A stretch of DNA of 62,282 bases, counting the filler, from Sluysia triapertura (lineage: Eukaryota), in the NCBI GenBank assembly GCA_046118255.1. It is 5 parts of 5 records of this genome, joined end to end, with 100 filler letters (N's around TTAATTAATTAA, not from the genome) between each part and the next. Parts side by side here need not be neighbours in the genome. Positions count along the whole stretch, not along the records: positions 1 to 13,287 come from JBJNIA010048342.1; positions 13,388 to 26,785 come from JBJNIA010042355.1; 3 more parts are not named here. One strand, given 5' to 3'. Made by a program: the position numbers and the translations under genes. Below, piece by piece: positions 1 to 13,644 of this stretch. The notes under the pieces were generated by a model. It had not been told where the DNA came from. It did not search any database and worked only from the letters and a program-made list of their open reading frames with translations. Every line of letters begins with the position of its first letter. The first letter of the stretch is position 1.

Positions 1-1699
1 ATATATTTGAAACTTCACAGTAAATTATACGCAAACTCCAACAACAATTTCTATTACTAACACATCGTCCTACGCCAAATTTAGCTCATACATTACTAAT
101 TTATAACTTTCAGCATAACCACAAAGCATAAAACTTCGAACCATAAAATTGTATAACAAAATTAATGTAATCTAATGTAATTTAATGTGATCTAATGCGT
201 TTCTTATTGTACGGTATCGTTCCCATCTCCAATAACACATTTGTCATACAGCACGAAACATCGTAATATTTTTGGAAGATCTACGGAACCTATTAAAGCA
301 AAATGTGTTCAATATTTAGACTGGACAGAAAAAACTAAAAGAATATTTGAATAAGTCATCTGTAAAAGAAACAAACAAGATTTAAATATAAAGTTAAAAA
401 ATTAAATAAATAAATAAAAATATTTTTGACTTTTGTTTTAATATGAAATTTTAAAACGAATTCGAAGACAAAGTTTTTCTTTAAAACTAAAACGTCCACA
501 GAAAGCGTTTCAGAAGAAATATTTTTGTTTACCAAAAGTTCACATGAACTTTTAAGAAAAATAGAAATGTTACAAATTAGAGCCAAGAATAAGTCACACA
601 ACGTAAATGCGCGCGTTGTAGACGTAGAACAAGTAAATACTAAAAATAATTTAGATGTAAATGAAGCTACTTTATTTTAAATATTCAAATAAACGGGATG
701 TTGTGCGAAGATGAATTTCCAAGTAAATTGACTTCAAGTAATGCTGCACTAAAAGCAAAGCTGAAGGAACGGAAGGCGGCTAAACGAGTTCAAAAAAAAT
801 CAAGAACCTCACTACATTTATTGCTAAGCTTTGTGCTCCATGTTTCAATCAAAATGCCGTGGTTTTAGGTGAATTTGACAGTGCGGATGGAAATGCAATC
901 ACTTCTTGGGATCAAGGGTTTAGTTGGAACTTCCACTGTGGGCCAGGTTTCAATAATTTTATGAAGTTGAACCTTTTAACTAGTTTTGATTTTTGTAACA
1001 AAATTGAATTCAAAATTTGTTGTGTTTTTATGTGTACTAAACTTTCAATAAATGGAATCAACTGTTCTTGTTCTTTATTTAATTCAATAATTTGTTTTTA
1101 AAGGACCTTAAGTCCTTCCTTTTTGGTTTGGGTAAACGTACTAAAATTTTACCGAAGCTAATAACATTTTTAAAGTAATGTGATAATAAAGTTTAAAAAA
1201 AATCATTCCTTTTATTTTTTGTAGCGACGGTAGATTCCAGACTACAAAAATGATCTCTAAAACATAACCATTTATACAGAATACAGAATGATTAATCATA
1301 ATAACGTGATAAGTAATAGGTAATATAGCGTTTGTTCCAAAAATATACAACCAGCTACCAGAGAATGTCAGATCATTAGATTATGAAACATTTAAGAAAT
1401 AATACTTACTATTCAAGAAATATAAAAATTATGTTTTCTAAGTCTTTTTGAGTGCTTATTTTAAAAGAAATAATTTAGAGTTACATAAATTACAGATTTT
1501 TTCCTAAATTAAGACCGGTCGTATTTCGCTGAATAAATAAGCAGAAAAATTAAAGTCAGAATTACTAAGTGTTTCGTACCAAAAAGTTTAACAATCTAGC
1601 AAAATACTTTCGAATAATTAAATGTTTAAACGATTTTAATTATTGCTTGTAGTATAAACACCGACTTCAGTTATGTCTTCATAAATTTGTGCAACAAAA

Positions 1700-2380
1700 A
1701 ATATCATTATATTGGCTTTAAAGTAATATTCTTGCTAACTTTTCGTATATTTCGTAACTACTAATATCAATCTCCACTAAAACATCTCTTCAAATAAAAA
1801 CTCCCAAGTCATTGTTTCTTATATTCAGTTTTCGTCAATTATATTGGACTATTAATGAGCATCTGAAGAAATGACTGTATAAAGCAGAAAAATAGTGTTT
1901 TTGGCATAACAGCTGCATAACTATTTCATTTTTATGCGATCCAAAAGATTTATTCAACGTGCCAGACTTTTAAATAAGTTAATGGGAATTTCGTATTTTG
2001 GAACATTTTAAAACTCTTCAATATTGCCATTGTTTTAAGAATTTCTAGTAGAGGTAATCCAAATAACGACAGTCATTTATGACTGCATACCAACCACTTG
2101 GTATTATTTTCGTCTTTAAAAGACATGGGAGCTTCATTCATATTATTAAATCTTTATTTTTCCGATATGCATTAGTTTATGAGCCAACTTGGCAAAATAG
2201 TGACACGAAATCTTATCCCATGCTGATAAACTTCGAGAACGCCCGTTTTGTTTCATGAACTCATTTCTTTTTTCTTTCAAATTGTTTTGTACTCTGTTTA
2301 TAACTACCTGGATTCAACCCTAACCCATACCTTTATTAGTCGTGTTATTTGAAGCCGGCAGTCGTAACATTATCTCAATA
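1700..2380 (-). mobile_element. Decayed pogo/Tigger-like DDE transposase relic
   Basis: Broken minus-strand frames give FMKQNG (~2240-2260), NMNEAPMSF (~2117-2143) and AVMPKTL...INSP (~1845-1915). These are collinear with the pogo motifs FMKRNGLS, NMDETP and AVIPGGLTSxLQPLD...NKP. Many stops and frameshifts; boundaries approximate. Confidence 0.45.
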
Positions 2381-2779
2381 CCTTAGAAATCTTATTGTTT
2401 TCTTCCTTTGGCTGCTTTATAGCTTACAGTTGTCAGAATTCAATTTTAAATGTTGTAGTCAGAAGTTTAATTTTGTATTTTGTAATTTTTTATGTATTTT
2501 ATATTTTGCTTAAATATTAAAATAAAATATTATTTTTATTACAATTCAATAAGAAATTTAAATAGGAATAGATTTATATTTTTGTAAATAAAGTAAACTT
2601 TTAATATAAATTTTAAAATATTTTAATTTCAAAATAAATATTTTAAATTTTACAAATATTTTTGTTTCAATCTATTAATAAAATTATTTGTTTCAATTCA
2701 CTAAAAATGGGCAACAAATGGCGATCAGTAATATAAAAAGGTAAGATTAATTTGATTTGGATCAGAAGTATTTTTTAGG

Positions 2780-3410
2780 AAAATAGCAAAATTTAGTTCG
2801 TGAAAATTTTTCCGAAGATTTATTAACAATTTTGAAGACCCATTTGTTGTCCATGAACAAGTAATCTTTTGTTATTGAGGACCGTATTCACCTCTAATGG
2901 AATACCAAAATACATTAAAATTACTTTTTTCTTTTTATGCAAAACCTTAAGAAGGGTTGCGAAATTTACGACCAGTATCAAACAACGGCCAACCAAGGTT
3001 GAGCTCGTAAATAAAATTATTATTGTTTTTATAACTTTATTACTTTTATATCCATTAAAATTTGGAAGGGTTTTTAGTTTGTAAATAATACACTTTACGA
3101 AGGTTAATTTGTTTTTATTTACTTGAGGGGTTCTACAAATTTATTACATTGATTTTGACAGCAACACCTTAAGAAGGGTTGCGTAAATATAAGCACCTTA
3201 AAAAGGGTTGTGAAATTTAACCTAACTAAATAATTTCCACTAAGTAACTAATTCAAATTTACGCATTATAAAGCGTAAGTCGACCTATAAGTTTAAAAAT
3301 AATTAAAACCATAATAGCACATCTCCAACAGTGGTATAAACCGTGCATATTTGGCGAACCGAATCCTTAGATATTTTGTAAGATTAAGCTTTTAATAATA
3401 CACTTGCATT
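2780..3410 (+). repeat. Left copy of a long diverged inverted repeat with reiterated CAACACCTT-N-GGGTTG motifs
   Basis: 3306-3360 (aaaccataatagcacatctccaacagtggtataaaccgtgcatatttggcgaacc) matches the reverse complement of ~6203-6256. Motif copies at ~2941, 3161 and 3192. Confidence 0.75.
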
Positions 3411-4611
3411 GGTTTTCTTAACACTTAACCATTAAAATAAAAATTGAACAGGTCCGATTACAGAAAACATCTTGACGTAAAATTTAATGACTAAAATTCG
3501 TTAATTAAACTTTATATTTTTGACGGTCTTACGCGTAATGATGTGTTTTATAATTACGGTCAATCTAAATCATTATAATTTTTAACTTTATCAATCAAAT
3601 TCAAAATTTAAATTTTACATTATTACACTCTTCTAATTTTAATTTGTCAAAAATAAATTAAGAAGCAACGCAAAAACTGTTCACAACCTTATTAGAAAGT
3701 ATAAACAATAAAAATCAAATAATATAAGAAAAAGCTAAGTAAACAAATTAATATTTTATGATTAAAATCGTAATAGATTTTATATTAGGTTTTAATTTAA
3801 AATTTCCCTCAATTAGATCGGCGTTCTTAAAAATTATTAAAAGGAATTTACCTAGATTTTATTATCTGAATTGTGAAGAATGAAATGCCTTAAATAAAAC
3901 TTACTAAATTAATGGAACGATTCTAATCTTGTTGTATTGTTGAGTCCCTATTAAAACTTATCTAAACAGTGCAATAATAATAATTGAAACCAAAACCAGA
4001 TTTGAAATAATTTTAAATGGCTTACACTCAAAATGGTAATTAAAATGGCGATTTTCACTAAACTGATGCTTGTTTATATATTAGTTATCGACCAATAGGA
4101 ATCAATATAATGTTATAACATTATAGAAACTTCTTTTCTATTTTTAGTATTTCCTTTTTTAGAAACTAAGATTTTAAATAATTTGTCCATAGAATTGATA
4201 ATTTGAAAAGGTTGTGATGACAACTCAACAATAAGATTCTAGATTCACAACATCATCAACATAATTTTAAAAACTTCATATCCAAAAATAACCCCACTGA
4301 TCATGTAGTATATAACAATCTTACTTCCCCATTTCAAGTAATAATTAACTTTAAGATAACTTGGTCTCATATCTTACGTAAATTTGACGTATATAATAAT
4401 TTATTTGACTATTCTTGAAGTTATTGCTTGCATAATTACTGACTTTTCTTGTTTTTAATACAATGCAACCCTGAGTGATTTACACTATATACTTAATTTT
4501 ATCTTTAATTCATAAAAACCGACAATAGAATTTAGAAGCATTACAAGATTAACGGTAAGCAAATTATATGAAAACAGATTTCAGATGAAATAAAGCAATT
4601 TGTATCGCTTA

Positions 4612-5594
<983 letters not shown>

Positions 5595-6147
5595 TTAAAC
5601 AAAATTATTATTTTAATGGAAAAGTTAAAACATAATATCGACAACGTAAATTAAATATAGCATACTAATTAGAAAATAAAAACATGCATTAAATTAAATG
5701 TATTAAATTTCTAAGGCCTAATTTTATTTATGGGTTTATTTCTTTTCAATTTTATATTCATTATGTAATTCTATAACATATTCTTTAGAAATTCAAATCA
5801 AATTATCATGAGCTATATTAATATTAACCTTTATTACTCTAAGAATTTTAAAGACTGATTCGTAAAGAAGTCCAAACAAATTCTGTTAAGTTTAGAAAAG
5901 ATGTTTCATACGTTTTATAAAGTAGTTTTTTAATAAAAATATTTATAAATGCGTAGATACAACAAAGTAGTTCATTTTATTTGGCAGTATTACTGCTAGT
6001 TGGAGTAATAAGGGTCAATCTATAAAGCAAGCATAAATGATTTTAAATTTTTATAAATTATTTATAAAATGAATCAATGATATTGTTAATGTTGAAATGT
6101 TAAATCTAATTTAATTTATGCTGTGCTGTGATGTGAGTTCGTTATAA

Positions 6148-6790
6148 TTGCTAGTGTTTTTCTTAAACTTAAATCTATACACTGCAAATTATCTGAGAAG
6201 CCGGTTCGCCTAATATATACGCTTTACGCCACTATTGGAGACGTACTATTAGGTTTTCCGTAACTATTAACTATTAACTCGACTTTTAATTAATTAATTC
6301 TACAACCCCTTAATTAGGTGTTGTTCAAATAAAGCTTTTATATTTTATATTAAGGTGTTGCTTTCTTCAAAAAATAAGTATAGATTACGCAACCCGTATC
6401 AAGGTGTTGCTTTTGCAAAAATGAATTTTAAATTAATAAGACATAATTTACTTAAATAACATTAAGTATTTATTAACAACTTATAAAACAAAATGTCTTA
6501 CAAAAGGTATATTACAACTTACAAAAAACAACGTCAAGTAACTTATAAAACAAATATAATAATAATATTGATTTTTTGAAGTTTTAGTCAACCTCAGTTG
6601 CTAAACTATTCGATTTTAAAAATGTGTTACACAACCCGTGTAAGGTGTTGTATAAAAATAAATTTACGTATTATTTTAAATTTCCTATATAAAGTGAAGT
6701 TTATAATCTTATGAAAAATTAATTACTTTGTATGCATGAACTGCTTGAATTGCTAAAAATTTGGTGCTAAATTTGTTGTGATAATTTTTT
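6148..6790 (-). repeat. Right copy of the long inverted repeat
   Basis: Reverse-complement homology to 2780-3410. Motif copies at ~6301, 6385 (ttacgcaacccgtatcaaggtgttgc) and 6627, with a half-site at 6351. Confidence 0.75.
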
Positions 6791-8486
6791 ATTGTGGTAA
6801 TTTTATTGAGTCTCCTATCTAAAGTTTATCATTATTTATAGGCAAATTAATTTTCAAAATGGCTACCTAAAAATAATTTTAATTTTTTTAAAAAATAAAT
6901 AAATTACCTTTGTTCTTTTAAATTATTTATTGCATTAAAACAAAATTTATTAATTGAATTAATTTTCTAATTTAAACAAATTATTTTTAATTTTTTCAAA
7001 ATTTAATTTTATAATTTTTATATTAATGTTTTTATTTCAGTTTTTTCAACTTTTAATTTAAAAATTATTTTATAATTTTTTTATTTTAATTTTTTATAAT
7101 TTTATACTTTTTAGTAATTTTAACATTTTTTAATTAATTATATAATAATAATAAAATTTTTAAAATCAATTATAAAATACATAAAATACAATTTACAATT
7201 AATATACTTTACAAAAGCGACATCAATAATATCAAGACGTTGAATATGTTATGTCCAACAAAATTTTTGAAAAGATTTAAGATAATGAATTTAAATGTTA
7301 TTATAGATTTTAATATTTATAAATTTATAATTAGATTATTCAGTTATGAAATTTGTATTTTAAAATAATCAATTATCAAGATTTGTGATATTATTTGTAA
7401 TTTTCAATTATTATATATTATTATTATTTTAAAAATTGAATTTGTGTAATATAAAAATTATATAATACGAAATCTTTTATTTAATTAAAGTTGAATTTAT
7501 ATAGTGATTAAAATTGTCCTTAAAAATAGTAAACTAACGATTATTAATTCTCTTCAAATAAAAATTATATAAATATATCTTTCCAAAAAAATTCGAAAAC
7601 TTCTTTATTCAAATTGAATTCTAAACTTAATTAAATTCTATCTCCAATAATAATAATAATTAGCTAAAAATTAAATACTTTTATAGCAATTAACAATATT
7701 CTATTTCTATTCTTGTCTTGTTTAATTAAAATTTCAATCTAGTAAATGTCTAATAAATATTTGAAATTATAATTTCCGTTTATTTGTGTATCTATTTTAA
7801 TTAAATTTTACTTTACTTATAGGTTTTTTCGACCATTTTCGACCAATCATATTTTAATGCATAAAATTAATTTTAGTTTTTTATTTATAGAACTTAATTT
7901 TAAACATTTTAAACAAGCATTAATTAAAAATAATAATTTCGAAAATAAGTTCTAACAATCATAATATTATAAAATAATTCTAATTTAATGAAGTTAAAAT
8001 TACATTATAAAATTTTTTAAATTTATAAAATAATTTCAATGAAAAATTTAAAATTTTCTTTACATTCTTTACTACTTTTTATCTTTTTTATCTTTACAAT
8101 TCAAATATTCTACACAGCACAAAAATACGATTAAATTTGTACACAAATTTAATGGATTTATGAACAAAACCTTACATTTTAAATATTTAAACTCTGCATT
8201 TCAATAGATAAATCCTTGTGTTAATGTTATTTACAAAACAAATAATATTCGAATGTACTATCAAAATACACTTTTGTTCTTAAACATATAAATGCGTATG
8301 TGTGGAGGGCAAAACATTTTTTTAATTTTAAAAATTTTAAATTAATTTTATTTTTATTTATTTTTAAAATGAAGTTTAACAAACAAACTTCAATTAACTT
8401 AAAATAATTTAAATTAATTTTATTTTTATTTAAAAACATGGGCTTAAGGCCCGAAACGATTGAAAACCAACACATAATTAAAACAT

Positions 8487-9356
8487 TTAAAAAATGACAG
8501 GAGTTGTTGACACAAAAATTATAATATTTATAACACAATATAATAAATATATAGTTAAAAATGTAATAATATTAACCAGTTCAATAAAGACACCACAATT
8601 AATGCATGGATAGTTCATCAGTTTTACATTATCAAGCAACATTTTGTCATTAACATTAATTTCTAAAGCATAAAAAATATATGAACCAATTGAAGCTACT
8701 TCTAAATTTATATCTACATTACTTTTTGGTGATGTATAAGTGACACTTTTAAATGAGACGTAACGCCAATTTTTAGTTAAAACTTTTATCGTAATAATCG
8801 GCAAATTACGTTGTACTGGTTTACATTTATCGAGCACTGAAAATTTAACTTGTCTATCATTATAATTACTTCCATATTTTACACTATCATCAGTAATACC
8901 CAAATTACCTGCACGATAGCACGGATTTGAAATAAAACAACAATAATTTGTTAATTCAAACGCATCCTTATTAAAGCGAGATTCACGTATATTGTCTACT
9001 GTACATTTTGTATTAGCAGAAAGGCGTTCATCTACATTACTTTTTGGTGATATATAGGTGGCACTTTCAAATGAGACGTAAAACCAATTTTTCGTTAAAA
9101 CTTTTATCGTAATAATCAGTAAATTACTTTTACTATAATTGCTTCCACGTTTTACACTATTATCAGCAATATAAAAATGAACTGCACGATAGCACGGATT
9201 TGAAAATAAACAACAATGATTTGTTAATTCAAACGTATCCTTACAAAAGGGAGTTTCGTATATATTGTCCACTGTACATCTTGTATTAGCAAAAAGACGT
9301 TCATGGAAACTTGTAAGTAATAGTAATATTATCAACTTTTTATTGATTAAAAAAAT
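8487..9356 (-). CDS. Orphan Cys-containing membrane/secreted protein with an internal tandem domain duplication; no in-frame ATG
   Basis: 282-aa ORF with a hydrophobic N-terminus (LIILLLLTS), two ~90-105 aa near-identical units (ERLxANTxCTVDNI...SPKSNVD) and a hydrophobic C-terminus. The frame opens after TAA at 9359 with ATT rather than ATG. Confidence 0.55.
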   Translation of the reverse strand: MFLINKKLIILLLLTSFHERLFANTRCTVDNIYETPFCKDTFELTNHCCLFSNPCYRAVHFYIADNSVKRGSNYSKSNLLIITIKVLTKNWFYVSFESATYISPKSNVDERLSANTKCTVDNIRESRFNKDAFELTNYCCFISNPCYRAGNLGITDDSVKYGSNYNDRQVKFSVLDKCKPVQRNLPIITIKVLTKNWRYVSFKSVTYTSPKSNVDINLEVASIGSYIFYALEINVNDKMLLDNVKLMNYPCINCGVFIELVNIITFLTIYLLYCVINIIIFVSTTPVIF

Positions 9357-9430
9357 TTAATTTTTTATTTTATTTTAATCTTTTTAAATTGACTAATCAA
9401 ATAAATATGATGGAATTATCATTTAAATTT

Positions 9431-10261
9431 TTAAATGTCAAAATGACTCATATATTCAAAATCTGTCGAACAACGAATAGATTTGTTATCGTTTAATTTA
9501 TTTATTTCTTCATATTTTTTACTTGAAATATTATCATAATAGTCGTGTGGTATTGTATAAATGTCTTGATCAAACGTTTCGGAATTTCTAATTTTATTAT
9601 CAGTCAATTTGAAGTCCTTGAAGTTCTGTTGATTATTTTTTTGATGCATTTTTGATAGAAAACTGTCGATATCCAAATAAGCATCGAAAGTATAGTAAAA
9701 ATACTGACTAACATAATGAACACTACATAATAAAAACCGAATTTTTCGTCAAATGATTTTGATAATATAACTTCTGCAGTAACATTTATTTGTAAACAAA
9801 ATCTTATGGCAACATAATTATCTTTCAACGCACTGTAATCTTCTCTAATATAAGTTATGTTTGTTTTTGAATTATGACTATAGTAATAAATAGTAACATA
9901 ATTTGCATTATTTCCAATAATAATGTCAGAACTATAAGTTTGCTTGGCACTATTTATTTCCATTAATTTGCTACAATAAAGCATGCTACTTGAATAATAT
10001 ATAAATATACAAATAAAATCTACTGATTATTTCCAAAACATATTTTGGTTTTCGTTGCACATTTGATATTACTGTTCGTATAAACACGTGACAAGGTTTC
10101 ATTTCTAGTTTTTGATATAAAATACGAAATTTTAAGGTAATATTATAATAATTATGTTAATTATTACTTGGATTGATTGAGGTACATAAAGCAAAATAAA
10201 ATATGCATTTATGATCAATATAATCATAAGAATAAATTAATAAATTAGTAATTATACGCAT
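9431..10261 (-). pseudogene. Single-pass membrane protein gene with a Tyr-motif tail, frameshifted after the TM segment
   Basis: ORF 9604-9984 has TM FYYVVFIMLVSIFTILSMLIWISTVFY followed by KCIKK. The overlapping frame 9431-9676 carries IYTIP/YDNI/YEEI/EYM. A ~35-nt GT-AG intron near 9989-10023 extends the frame upstream. Confidence 0.4.
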
Positions 10262-10894
10262 TAAAATTTATATATCTCTAAAATTTCTGCTGTTTACATA
10301 ATGAAGCTATTTTTATTTAATTTTTACATAAACAAATTTCAATTAAGAACAATGCGATTGTTAGAAGGTATGAATATGAGTAAATAAAATATCAACTATT
10401 CGAAATTTTATTAATAAAGAAACAGCTAAAGTAATTGTTTATTCATTGATAACTAATGACAATCGTATATTGTACTCAATTTCATATGGAAAAGTGGCAC
10501 ACTAATTCTCAAAATGGTCTCATGTAACACATTATCTTAAGAATTCAAAACGATGCCAATAATTTTTACAGATGCTTGATTTTCAGTTATTGCATATTTG
10601 TTAAAGGTCCTTGGTGAATAAGTCATTGTATGATTTATGTTATCGGAATTAGGAATTTTCGTAAACGATGGATTATGAGTTGTTTCAAAAGGCAGACTTG
10701 ATTCAAATTTATCTATTTCTGGATTGCTCAGTTCGAACTCTTACTTTCATAGATCCACAAATGTAAAGATTAGCACCTTTAATAGGTTCAGAACTTGGTC
10801 TAACTAGTGATACTTTCTTTCGCATCCAAGATAATATTGATATTTAAAAATGTTATTGATATTAAAAAATATTTGCCATCAACAAATATTGTGT

Positions 10895-11265
10895 TGTAAA
10901 AAAAATTAAAACAAACAGAGAGATAGATTGATAATAAGGATAAAAGTAATAATAATAATAACAATTATGTGGTTATTACGTTTATTAATACAGAATTGTT
11001 GAAATTTATTATGAAATTTTATTATGAAAAATATTATAAAAGTTATTATTTGGTATTTATATTATATAACAATAATGACTATAGTTGTTACACATATTTT
11101 AATATGATATGAATCGTAATAATAATATCGATAGCTCAAGATAATTAGATGTGATGGTCGTGTTTGTTTTTAAATGAGTTTGGCAGTTTGTTTAATAGTT
11201 TGTGTACATGTGAAGTGTTTTTATGCGATGAAAAGTGATGGATTTTATGTGATGAATTCCCTACA
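10895..11265 (-). repeat. ~370-bp LTR-like repeat (TGTAGGGAATTCA...TTTTACA), copy 1
   Basis: The reverse complement of 11144-11266 closely matches 13166-13287 and 20086 onward. TG...CA ends; no TSD seen. Confidence 0.65.
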
Positions 11266-13166
11266 AGAATCAAGTGCCGTTACACGCATAGAATGAGTAA
11301 TGCACAAATTCAAGAACTATACAGGAGTATTCAATTGACGATGTCCACACCTGAGAGGAACGATCCCTCAACAAAAATTGACAAAGTAACAATCACTTTT
11401 TTAATGATAACAATAATTATGATCAATTTTCATTAGGTAACGAAACATGGCCCAAACCAAAAGGATTACGCAGAAATGAACAATCTTATATTAAATTTTT
11501 AAATGTTAAAATCGTTAATAAATGTTTATTTATATCCACTTTTTACTTAATTAATGCTAAGCAAAAGGTGTCATTAATTTCTAAAATTGTAAAGAAATGT
11601 AATTTAACATTCATAAATAGTGAAAAAATAAATAAATATTTAAATGAAACTAATTCTTGTATGACTTCGAAATTAACATTAATTTATCATTTAAATTCAA
11701 AAATACTAAACAAAGATTAAGGGAAAATCTATTTTTTAAGAAAAATAATCAATAACTTAATTTCTTCTAATTCTTTTCTTTGTTTTATTTCCTAAAATAC
11801 ATAAGGATCTAATAGTATTTTAATAAAGAAATAAAATTATCAATTATGAACTAACGATTATTTTTTCATTGTCAAATATTTTTATATATTTTATGAATTA
11901 TTCTTATATTTAGAAAAATCTATAATGTCGGATTATTCACATGCACATATAATAAACAACTTTAATTCCTTCCATTTGTATTCTTAGATTCAAAATCACC
12001 TTCAAACATTAGAAGGTTTTCCAGTAGATAAAGGCTTGATTGTAATAGCAGCAGCTAGAGGAGCATTGAAATTAACTTTATTCATTAACAATCTTCCTCT
12101 CTAATTGTTAGAAACATATCAGAAAAACTTAGAATCCAAGAGGAAGCTGAAGAACTATCAATATTTGCTATTCTTTTTGAAAAACAGATGGATATAATAG
12201 ATTTAATAATTTTTCCATTATTATATAAATCTGATATTAATAACATATACAACTGGCAACAAGGCCTAACTTAAACACATTTACCATACGAGGATACAGC
12301 TAATAAGGACAATTTAATTTTTGTAGCGATTAATTTAGCCTTAGATTTTCATGATAAACATCAAATTATTCGAGCTGGATTCACACCATATCATAAACAA
12401 TTTCATTCTGAAGAACTTATAAAACAAAGAATGAGAATTAAGAACTTTCTCACAGTAGAACGTGAAAAATATCAAAAAGATGAGAAAGATATTGCAGAAA
12501 TAAGGAAATTTTGGTTAATTACATTACATGATAAAATACTTGTAGCTTGCTTGCCGGAATTTATCATTAGGACATTCCAAATACCTTTTGGATGGTTACG
12601 TGGCATTATCAATTTAACTTGCACAAATTTAGTTTCACTCATCATTTCATCCGTCAAATCGTGCTAGAAAAGATGTAAAACTTCTGTATCCATTTCCACC
12701 AAGAGATACTTGTACGAAATTAGCACAGGGCTATGTATCACTTTTTGAATTGATTAGACAAAAAGATGCATCATTTTAACCATAATTGGTTAATCAACAA
12801 TTGAGTAATCAAACTACATCTGCTTCTACATTTTCTTTATCCATATATACATATTCTGCACTAAATCTTCCGCACAAAGGCATTAAACATAAAGACATAA
12901 CACTTACCTTATTAAATGATATAGGCAAAGAAACTTCAATGAAGAAAAAGAAAATCGAAAATGTAGCAGAAGACACCATGGATAAAAGAAATATACTAGA
13001 AGATAATGATTTTGACGAAGACTATTTTGGCTCCATCAATTTAGACTTTGATGATAATGACTATTTCGACTGTGATGACGTTATTGACATTACAGACATT
13101 TGATTTATGATTATTGTTTTTATGATGGTTTCAATTTATCATCAGTTTTATTTGAGTTTTTATAGT

Positions 13167-13287
13167 TGTAGGGAATTCATCACACAAAATTCATCACACT
13201 TCATCACATTAAAACACTTCACATGTACACAGACTATTAAACAAACTACTAAACTCATTCAAAAACAAACATGACCATCACATCTAA
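13167..13287 (+). repeat. TGTAGGGAATTCA LTR-like repeat, copy 2 (truncated by gap)
   Basis: tgtagggaattcatcacacaaaattcatcacac...catcacatctaa runs into the N gap. Confidence 0.7.
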
Positions 13288-13387
13288 NNNNNNNNNNNNN
13301 NNNNNNNNNNNNNNNNNNNNNNNNNNNNNNNTTAATTAATTAANNNNNNNNNNNNNNNNNNNNNNNNNNNNNNNNNNNNNNNNNNNN
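13288..13387. other. Scaffold gap with TTAATTAATTAA linker
   Basis: 44 N + ttaattaattaa + 44 N. Confidence 0.98.
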
Positions 13388-13406
13388 CAACAATGTTTAT
13401 AATACT

Positions 13407-13644
13407 TCATCTGTTACTTCTCATCAATTCTTCCTTCATTTGTAATTCTATGTCTTTTACTCGTTTCTTAATCCAAAGTTGGGCAATCCCAACAGATACT
13501 TGCTCTAGCCGTCGGAAGCTGAAATTTTCTTTGTTTTTATTATTATTTAGAACTATTAAATGACTTACTCGAATTTAAAAGCGCGATTGCGGATTACATG
13601 ATGTTGGTACCACAGAAAACATTTTGCAAGAATTGTAATCTCAC
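13407..13644 (-). CDS. Last two exons of an unidentified protein-coding gene
   Basis: Exons 13644-13569 and 13518-13407, with a 50-nt GTAAGT...TTTCAG intron, read (G)EITILAKCFLWYQHHVIRNRAFKFDFRRLEQVSVGIAQLWIKKRVKDIELQMKEELMRSNR*. Splice phases agree and GC is elevated. Confidence 0.7.

Noticed and set aside
356-1350. Short ORFs at 356, 859 and 1141
   Set aside because: Non-ATG starts, no recognisable motifs, and not the ADH5 C-terminus.
13332-13343. TTAATTAATTAA repeated four times in the window
   Set aside because: Always centred in 100-bp N gaps; an artificial all-frame stop linker.
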